The notes beneath the pieces are model-generated. The model saw nothing but the letters and a program-made list of their open reading frames with translations, was not told the origin of the DNA and made no database searches. A program made the position numbers and the translations under genes. Positions 57,364 through 64,000 of a stretch of DNA of 64,000 bases are shown here, piece after piece. Source of the DNA: a virus; IMG/VR virus record IMGVR_UViG_3300034060_000702, positions 1-64,000 of that record. One strand, given 5' to 3'. How positions within the stretch are numbered: the first letter of the stretch is position 1; the number at the start of each line of letters is the position of its first letter.

Positions 57364-58980
57364 TTATAAAGAATAACCAGTGATTGGGTTTCTCATAACG
57401 ATTTTCAACACTTTAGTTGGATCTTCTACTTTGATCGCAGGCATTGCTTGTGTCATGTAGATTTGGTATCCATTGAAGTTACCTGAAGATTGGAACCCTT
57501 GAGTTCTTCCCATGTAATCCATAGAACCATTAACATATCTCCAAACAAGGTCTTTGTTCCAAGCACATTTCAACAATTTGATGTTATCATTACCATTTTC
57601 AGTAATATCAAATACGATGAATGAGTAAGAAGACAATCTATGACCATCAATGATTGGGTTCTCAATATCATTGTTTTGTAAGTTATCGAATGCTGGATTC
57701 AATACAAACTTGATATTAGCTAAGAAAGGAATCATGTACTCTGTGAAAGAGAATCCGAATCCTAAATCCATTCCTTGACCTTTGATAGCATCAAGTTCTT
57801 TAGCGTTCATAACCAATCCAGAAGAGAAAGCTTCGCGCTTAATCGCTTCATTGATCATTCTCATACCACCCATACCTGTTTGAACAATCAATGATCTTTT
57901 AGAATCTGGTCCTTGGAAATCAACTTTACCATTGTAGAAGTTGAATAATTCAGAACGGAAGATGTCTAATTTGAAATCAGATTTGTTGTATACATGTTTG
58001 AAAGACAAATCTAATTGTTTCCAAAGTCCAACTGATAATCTTAAATCATCTGGCCCATCTTGTTTGATTCGACCACCTTTACCCCACATTAAGTAAGTTT
58101 CGATGTCATAAGCAATTTTGGACAAGTGAGCTGCTTCCAACTTAGTGATAAAAGTTCTAACTAAGTTACCATTAGCTTGCGCTTTTTTGATATAGTCAGC
58201 ACCTTTAGCTTTCACCATTCCTTCTAAAGAAGTAATTGATGGATCTAAACTTGTGTCAAAAGATTTCCATAACTCTGTTACAGGTACTTTTCCATCTGCA
58301 TTCATACCACCTTTTTCCATCAACTTCACTTTAGAAGAGATTGAATAATGAACGTGTGCATCTGCATTACCAACATAGTTGTAGAACTCTCTTGTTGTAG
58401 CAGTAGTTGTAAGATCAGAATATCTTTCACCATATTCACCTCTTGCAGAACCTACTCTGAAATAGAATGATTGTGATGTCAAGAATGCATTATCAAATAC
58501 TGCATCTGAATCATTGTTTACTAACTGTACTGTATAGATAACTCCATCAGTTAAATCAAGAATTTCCTCATCAGTGATGAATAATTCTTTACCATTGAAC
58601 TTATCATAAGTGATGATGTCACCATGACCAAAAGTTCTTTTGTTCAATTTGATTTTAAATGGAGTTCCATCTAAACCTTTCATTGAGTTGTTAGAATCTA
58701 AATCCTCAACAATGAATGGAAGCTCTTCAGAAACTGGTGTGCTCCATTTGTATTCACCTCTTGGGTGTTGAACGTCAATAACATTCTTACCACCAAAAGA
58801 AGACATTTGATAAAGAGGCATCTCAACTTTTTTAACTTGAGCCCATAATTCTACTGGACCTAAATCATCTGGTTGTGCATCTTTCATCAAATTCATCATG
58901 TGATAAGAATCTACATGCGAACTTGCTGTGTAATGGTTATCCCGAAGGAACATTCCATTATTTAAAACTGGTGTACTCAT
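57364..58980 (-). CDS. Major capsid protein (crAss-like, HK97 fold)
   Basis: 538 aa; portal-scaffold-MCP order; motifs YLMWGKG, GLWKQL, VQTGMGG and FVLNPAFD; biased codon usage; strong terminator. Confidence 0.85.
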   Translation of the reverse strand: MSTPVLNNGMFLRDNHYTASSHVDSYHMMNLMKDAQPDDLGPVELWAQVKKVEMPLYQMSSFGGKNVIDVQHPRGEYKWSTPVSEELPFIVEDLDSNNSMKGLDGTPFKIKLNKRTFGHGDIITYDKFNGKELFITDEEILDLTDGVIYTVQLVNNDSDAVFDNAFLTSQSFYFRVGSARGEYGERYSDLTTTATTREFYNYVGNADAHVHYSISSKVKLMEKGGMNADGKVPVTELWKSFDTSLDPSITSLEGMVKAKGADYIKKAQANGNLVRTFITKLEAAHLSKIAYDIETYLMWGKGGRIKQDGPDDLRLSVGLWKQLDLSFKHVYNKSDFKLDIFRSELFNFYNGKVDFQGPDSKRSLIVQTGMGGMRMINEAIKREAFSSGLVMNAKELDAIKGQGMDLGFGFSFTEYMIPFLANIKFVLNPAFDNLQNNDIENPIIDGHRLSSYSFIVFDITENGNDNIKLLKCAWNKDLVWRYVNGSMDYMGRTQGFQSSGNFNGYQIYMTQAMPAIKVEDPTKVLKIVMRNPITGYSL

Positions 58981-59011
58981 TTTTATTTATTTATTTATTG
59001 TTACTTGTTAA

Positions 59012-60286
59012 TTACCTACCAAAGATACTTTTTTGTGATCTTGTGATAGGTGGTTTTCTTGCACCTGCTGCTCCTCTATTATCAGTTTGTGAACCTGCAC
59101 CGGATGAAGCTGTTCTTGAAGCTTCTTCTGTTTTCAACATTCTAACTGTTTTTGCATTTGCTTCTTTGTTACCAATTTGCTTTACAGAACTTCTGTAACC
59201 ATCTGGATCACTCAATAACCATAATGCTTCTGCAACTAAACCTGGATTAGTTTTTTCTCCAAATTGGTGTTGTTCTAAATAGTATCCTAAAGCATTTGTC
59301 GGTCTTCCTTTTGAATCCTGATACTTTGATCTATCAATCAATCCATAATATAATGCATTTTGTACTTTCGGATTTAATGGAATACCATTTAATTCAGTTG
59401 TATTTAATGCATTGAAAACAGTTGTTTGATAAACTTTAGTTTGCTCTTGTTTTCTATGTTCTGCCTTTTTTTGATCATCCAACCTATGTTGAATTATCTC
59501 TGCTTGTTTAGCATCTAATTTCGGTTTGTATCTTAATGCATATTTCTCAAGATCACCTCTGTCTTTCAACATGTTTATTTCATCTTCAATTTCTTCCGCA
59601 GAATCAACATCTAATGAGTTTAACCATTGGCGAACAATAACCTCTTGATCATTTGGATTGTCAACATCCAAATCAAAAGTTTCTTGAGCTTTAGCTAACT
59701 GTCCAAAAACAGTTTTAAGGTCACTACCTCCATTTAAAGCATAACTTACTACAGCTTGAACTTCTTCCGGCAATGTTTGAAACAATTCAACTGGTGCATT
59801 TTGTGCAGTTGTTGAAACTTGGTTTTCAATATTTGCAGTAATTAATTCTTTAAAATCATTTACTGTATAATCTGATAAAGGTTTGTCATCATCAAATGCC
59901 TGTAGGATGCCCTCTTCAATCAAACTTGTTGCTGCTTCAATCAAAGCATCTTTAGATAAAGAAGGGCGACCTCCTTTATTTTGAGATTTCTTTGCATCTG
60001 CATCATCATCTTCATTGTCAAGTTCATCATCTACTAATTTACTGATGTCATCATTTGTAATAACAACATCTTTCAATGCATCTGGATTGTTCTTGTCAAT
60101 AGTATCATCATCTAAAAATGATGTATCAACTTTACCTCCATCAAACATACTAGGTTTAACTGGTTCATCTGTACCAATTATTGATTCTGTAACTCCTAGT
60201 AATTCATCTAAATTGTCAAAGTCTACTTCTTCTACATTTGCAGAAGCCGATGTTGCAGCCGCTGCTGCAGTTCCATTGTTTGTCAT
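59012..60286 (-). CDS. Putative scaffolding / head assembly protein
   Basis: Acidic, helical 424-aa protein between the portal and MCP genes, with a basic C-terminal tail. Confidence 0.6.
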   Translation of the reverse strand: MTNNGTAAAAATSASANVEEVDFDNLDELLGVTESIIGTDEPVKPSMFDGGKVDTSFLDDDTIDKNNPDALKDVVITNDDISKLVDDELDNEDDDADAKKSQNKGGRPSLSKDALIEAATSLIEEGILQAFDDDKPLSDYTVNDFKELITANIENQVSTTAQNAPVELFQTLPEEVQAVVSYALNGGSDLKTVFGQLAKAQETFDLDVDNPNDQEVIVRQWLNSLDVDSAEEIEDEINMLKDRGDLEKYALRYKPKLDAKQAEIIQHRLDDQKKAEHRKQEQTKVYQTTVFNALNTTELNGIPLNPKVQNALYYGLIDRSKYQDSKGRPTNALGYYLEQHQFGEKTNPGLVAEALWLLSDPDGYRSSVKQIGNKEANAKTVRMLKTEEASRTASSGAGSQTDNRGAAGARKPPITRSQKSIFGR

Positions 60287-60312
60287 AACTGTGTTGGTTT
60301 TAATTACTGACT

Positions 60313-60324
60313 ATATATAATATA
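60313..60324 (-). promoter_or_regulatory. Putative late promoter element TATATTATATAT
   Basis: Exact 12-mer directly upstream of the TAGTCAG...AAACCAAC leader of the scaffold-like gene. Confidence 0.5.
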
Positions 60325-60417
60325 AGCAAAAATATTCAATTTTAAATAATATATGTTTAACTATTTTAAATGAACTAAATATTAAGCGGTAGTATATGGT
60401 TAAAACCTAACAAATTG

Positions 60418-63156
60418 TTATTTGCTAGGTTTTTTATCATACTGATTTTTGTTTTCTCTTGCAACTTGTAGATCTATTTGTTTATCCATTGCAGCTTGGT
60501 TAAGTTTCTGTTTTTCAATCTCTAACTTTTGTTGTGCAAGATTTGTTCTAGTTGCTTCTTTTTCTTGATTGAATCCCATAGTTTCTTGATACTGATCATT
60601 TTTACGCATTGCATCTAATGTATCAGTAAAATCAGATTGTTGATTTTGATTGATGTCTTGTTGAGCACCATATCCTGCAGCTTTAATTTCTGCTTCAAGT
60701 AATCTGTTTCTTCTATCTTTTTCTTTCTCTCTAGACTCATGATCAAACACCATTTGTTTCTCTTTTTGTCTTGCTTGAATTTCTGCTTGTTGAGCTTCTT
60801 GTGCTTGTTGTTGTTGTGCTTGTTGTTGAGCTTGAGCTTTAGCCTCAATAGATTTAAGAGCATTGTTAAGAGAACCAATTGAATCTGCCTGCATAACACC
60901 TCCCAATTCATAAATAGATGCACCAGTAGTGTTGTTTTGTACAAACATTTGTTTTAACTGTTCAAGAATAGTTCTATGATTTACATTTGTAGTACCATAG
61001 CAATTCAAATCTGCTAATAACAAATCTGTACCATTGATTTCGAAATTAGTTCTTTCATCTGGAGAAATCATTCCTTGTAACTTCACTGAAGGTTTTGTAG
61101 AATGATAAAACTGTGCAAGATCAGTTCTCATCTGGTGAACTCTAGGCATTAAGTGATCTGAATGCTGAATGAAGTAAACTTCAGTCTGTGCAAAAGAACC
61201 AGTCATTGCTTGTTCTACTCCGGTAGCAGTATTTATTTGACCAAGTTGTTGGCCCATTCTTTGAGGATTTAATCCTACAACTTCCATTGCTTGTTGCTTA
61301 AAATAATTTGCAAGTTGAATTCTTGATTGCAACCTTGCAGTTTGTTCTAAGTTTAAAGTTTGGTAGTGTTGAAAATTAGATGTTGTTTCTGTATTTTGAA
61401 TAGAAGGATCTAAGGGCAACATTGAAAAATCTTTCATCGCTACATAAGCTTTAGCAAGATTCCCTTTACCCCAGTCTTCTCCCATTGAATGTCTTGGTAA
61501 TGCATTTTGGTCTAACACCACAACAGTACCAATTTCATCTATAAGAATATCTGCTATCTGATTGTTACATAAATTGTATCCAATCTGTGCAGGCTTCATC
61601 TGGTCAACCAATGATGTAGATTTAGTATTTCTATCCGAGAATACTCTTCCTTCAATTGGTAACTTACAACCATACATTGAAGAATCTCCTTTAAATTGAA
61701 ATCTTAATGGTCCAGGTGTAGGTCTTCCAACTCCTATGTACATAGAATCAAAATCACCATCATCATTTAAGTAATTAAATACAGATCTATTGTTTCCAAT
61801 TTTTACACCAGCATTAGTTTGGTTAATCCAAATCCAATCAATATGATCTCCAAATACAAGATTATCTGCACTTCTTACATCAGTAAATGACATGTTGTAA
61901 ATTGGATTTGTTCTAACTACATAATTCTCATCAATGATTTCAGTCACAACTTGACCATCTTCATCAATTTTAGTTAAGTTACCAATTCTTCTTTGTGTTT
62001 TCCAATATACATGAGTAACTCTTAACATTTCAGAGTTATTGATATATCCTGTGTGCTCACTTTCTCCAAGTACCCAAGATACAATATCGCTTGATTCAAT
62101 GTTTGAATCGATATGAGCTAAGTGTCTTTTCATATCAACACCCATAACTCTATTCTCATCATAGGTTTCATCGGAATTGTATAATGAACCATCATTTGGA
62201 ATACCATCAACAAGATATTTTGCTGAACTGGAAGGATTCAATCTTTCTAGTTTTTCCAATTGTTCATCAGTCATCAAGTAACCATGTATATCAATTACAT
62301 CTGCAATAGACATCATATCAATAAAACCAGAATAGTTTCCTTGAGAAACATATTTAGTTGAAGGTGATTTATGGTAAAAAGTCAAAGCAGGATTCAATAC
62401 TTCAACATCATAGTCATCTTCAAGCATCCTAAAGTGCCAGAATTCCGAATCTGTAATTAAGGAATCTCTAAAAGCAACTTCTTCCAGTTCATCCATGTGA
62501 AATCTATTAACATCAATAGCATGTTGCTTAACAGCCCATTGCTCACTTAATGTTTGATATGATTTAGAATAGAACTTTTCAATTTGTGGTAATTTCTTTA
62601 ATGCTTCTGGATCGATTTGCTGTTTAGCTTCTTCTGATTCAGGATCCATTCCCATCTCAATCATTTTAGATATAAGTTTCTGGGAAGCATCTTGAATTAA
62701 AGCACTACCAATTTCATCAGCTTTCTTATTCATTATCTCATTGTATGAATACTCATCCAATGCGCGATAATCTATTTTAGTATTTCTTTTAGCAAACTCA
62801 CTAACAAGTGTATTTACAATGTTTGGAATTATTGGATAGAATTTTAATTCCATTGCAGAATCTGTATCTTCTACAAGTACATCCAATATGTCAACCATAT
62901 CATTGTCTACTTCTGGAATATAATCAGTCTTATCAATTACACCTTTTGCAAGTTTGTAATTCTTCATCAATCTTCTTGACTTCTCTCTGATTTGTTTTAT
63001 CCCTTGCCATTCAATCCAATCAATGTTATGTCTATACCATTCTTCATCCTTTTCCTCTATAGGTAAGAACTGAATTGGTTGTGTGAATACATTATATCTA
63101 TTTTTATTTTTAGATTTTTTTCCACCTTTAAGGTCCATTGCATTTAATACTTCCAT
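60418..63156 (-). CDS. Portal protein
   Basis: 912 aa directly after the terminase; FYPIIPNIVNTLVSE, RVTHVYWK, SLVDQMKPAQ and PQRMGQ motifs; Q-rich coiled-coil C-terminal barrel. Confidence 0.85.
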   Translation of the reverse strand: MEVLNAMDLKGGKKSKNKNRYNVFTQPIQFLPIEEKDEEWYRHNIDWIEWQGIKQIREKSRRLMKNYKLAKGVIDKTDYIPEVDNDMVDILDVLVEDTDSAMELKFYPIIPNIVNTLVSEFAKRNTKIDYRALDEYSYNEIMNKKADEIGSALIQDASQKLISKMIEMGMDPESEEAKQQIDPEALKKLPQIEKFYSKSYQTLSEQWAVKQHAIDVNRFHMDELEEVAFRDSLITDSEFWHFRMLEDDYDVEVLNPALTFYHKSPSTKYVSQGNYSGFIDMMSIADVIDIHGYLMTDEQLEKLERLNPSSSAKYLVDGIPNDGSLYNSDETYDENRVMGVDMKRHLAHIDSNIESSDIVSWVLGESEHTGYINNSEMLRVTHVYWKTQRRIGNLTKIDEDGQVVTEIIDENYVVRTNPIYNMSFTDVRSADNLVFGDHIDWIWINQTNAGVKIGNNRSVFNYLNDDGDFDSMYIGVGRPTPGPLRFQFKGDSSMYGCKLPIEGRVFSDRNTKSTSLVDQMKPAQIGYNLCNNQIADILIDEIGTVVVLDQNALPRHSMGEDWGKGNLAKAYVAMKDFSMLPLDPSIQNTETTSNFQHYQTLNLEQTARLQSRIQLANYFKQQAMEVVGLNPQRMGQQLGQINTATGVEQAMTGSFAQTEVYFIQHSDHLMPRVHQMRTDLAQFYHSTKPSVKLQGMISPDERTNFEINGTDLLLADLNCYGTTNVNHRTILEQLKQMFVQNNTTGASIYELGGVMQADSIGSLNNALKSIEAKAQAQQQAQQQQAQEAQQAEIQARQKEKQMVFDHESREKEKDRRNRLLEAEIKAAGYGAQQDINQNQQSDFTDTLDAMRKNDQYQETMGFNQEKEATRTNLAQQKLEIEKQKLNQAAMDKQIDLQVARENKNQYDKKPSK

Positions 63157-63157
63157 A

Positions 63158-64000
63158 CTATCTTAAATTTTTGAATGCACTTCTTTGTTTTTTAAAACCA
63201 CTATTGGAATTATTCATACCAATATTTTTAAAAGGGCTTCTGTTTAATTTATACAAATTTTCTGAATTATCCAAATATTCTGTGTCTTCATGTTCAATTC
63301 TTACAGTTGTTCCTCTATTTGATTCCTGAATTTTAACAAATGTAATTAATGCGCCTAAAGAAATCAATCTATCGACATTTAATCCTGGTTGGTATGCTTC
63401 CATTTCAACCATTGCCATTATATCCGGAATTCTAGATACTCCAAATTGAATTATATTTACATTTCCATCTTCGCTATACTCAACATCTAATTCCTCTTTT
63501 AAGAATTCAATCAGATAACTCAACATAACTGTTTTAAATATGGTTGAAACATTTCGCCATCCATATTGTTGAAATTGGGTTTTTGATGCTTGTATTTCTT
63601 TAGAAAAGACCATTTGAGATGAAGGCACTAAATACTTCTGTTTTCTTTTAAATTGCATGTGTTGAATAAACAAGGGTACATTGTTCTCAACAACTGTCCA
63701 AGCTTGATACCATTCAATCATTAATTCTAATCTCTCATGTGTTTTATTAATGTCATCAAATCGACCACACCATGAAGCAACTATCTTATCACCTTCAATA
63801 AAGTTTTCTACTTCACCATTCTGTTGTATTCTTTGTACCTGTACAGGATTTTTGTAAATGTAAATTGAACATAGAGATTCGGAAGTTGTAGTTTTTCCTT
63901 CTCCAACTGGATCGACAGATGCAAAGTATGTTGTACAAAATTTAATTTCATCATCCGGTTCTTCCCATACTTGAATTACTCCAGTTTTATCTTCAGCATT
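63158..64000 (-). CDS. terL: Terminase large subunit, C-terminal RNase H-like nuclease domain (5'-truncated)
   Basis: The frame stays open from 63721 to the window end: ...QVWEEP...YFASVDPVGEGKTTTSESLCS...WCGR...VVENN...NVDRLIS; immediately upstream of the portal. Confidence 0.85.
   Translation of the reverse strand, partial: NAEDKTGVIQVWEEPDDEIKFCTTYFASVDPVGEGKTTTSESLCSIYIYKNPVQVQRIQQNGEVENFIEGDKIVASWCGRFDDINKTHERLELMIEWYQAWTVVENNVPLFIQHMQFKRKQKYLVPSSQMVFSKEIQASKTQFQQYGWRNVSTIFKTVMLSYLIEFLKEELDVEYSEDGNVNIIQFGVSRIPDIMAMVEMEAYQPGLNVDRLISLGALITFVKIQESNRGTTVRIEHEDTEYLDNSENLYKLNRSPFKNIGMNNSNSGFKKQRSAFKNLR

Noticed and set aside
563-63329. All plus-strand ORFs and short nested minus-strand ORFs in the track
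   Set aside because: They lie within long minus-strand genes, have shadow-frame composition (S/L/F/I-rich) and show no motifs.
63158-63721. 187-aa ORF as a separate gene
   Set aside because: The frame is open to the window end; it is the C-terminus of TerL.
1-64000. Stop-codon reassignment, as in some crAss-like phages
   Set aside because: ORFs up to 14 kb are open in the standard code, and TAG terminates genes normally (46870, 63158).
1-64000. CRISPR arrays, tRNAs, introns/inteins, IS elements
   Set aside because: Intergenic gaps are short (about 130 nt or less) with no repeat-spacer or cloverleaf pattern. I saw no intein, homing-endonuclease or transposase motifs by eye, though a covariance/HMM scan would be needed to exclude them.

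Overview
This is an AT-rich phage genome segment with all real genes on the minus strand in the standard genetic code. It has the gene order of a crAss-like (Crassvirales-type) podophage late/structural module, probably infecting Bacteroidota. Reading from the right end: terminase large subunit (partial), portal, scaffold-like protein, major capsid protein, small basic core peptides, ring and auxiliary capsid proteins, a Cys-rich/collagen tail-fibre cluster, an IHF-like protein, tail ring proteins, a muzzle protein and a run of giant ejected 'cargo' proteins. The largest cargo protein (4674 aa) is a single-chain virion RNA polymerase fused to zincin, AlkB, SLOG, ASCH, macro-like and Dda/RecD-helicase domains. 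The most unusual signals are: (i) a 26-bp in-frame direct repeat that exactly brackets one accessory domain, suggesting domain-cassette shuffling; (ii) a terminated 3'-UTR RNA complementary to a bipartite motif in the 5' leaders of two head genes; (iii) an 8-stranded outer-membrane-like beta-barrel embedded in a cargo protein between GG motifs; (iv) a recurring x-[AKS]-x-G-G motif in internal proteins; and (v) lone terminal cysteines at the junctions of consecutive cargo proteins. All family assignments come from motif recognition by eye; no database searches were run.
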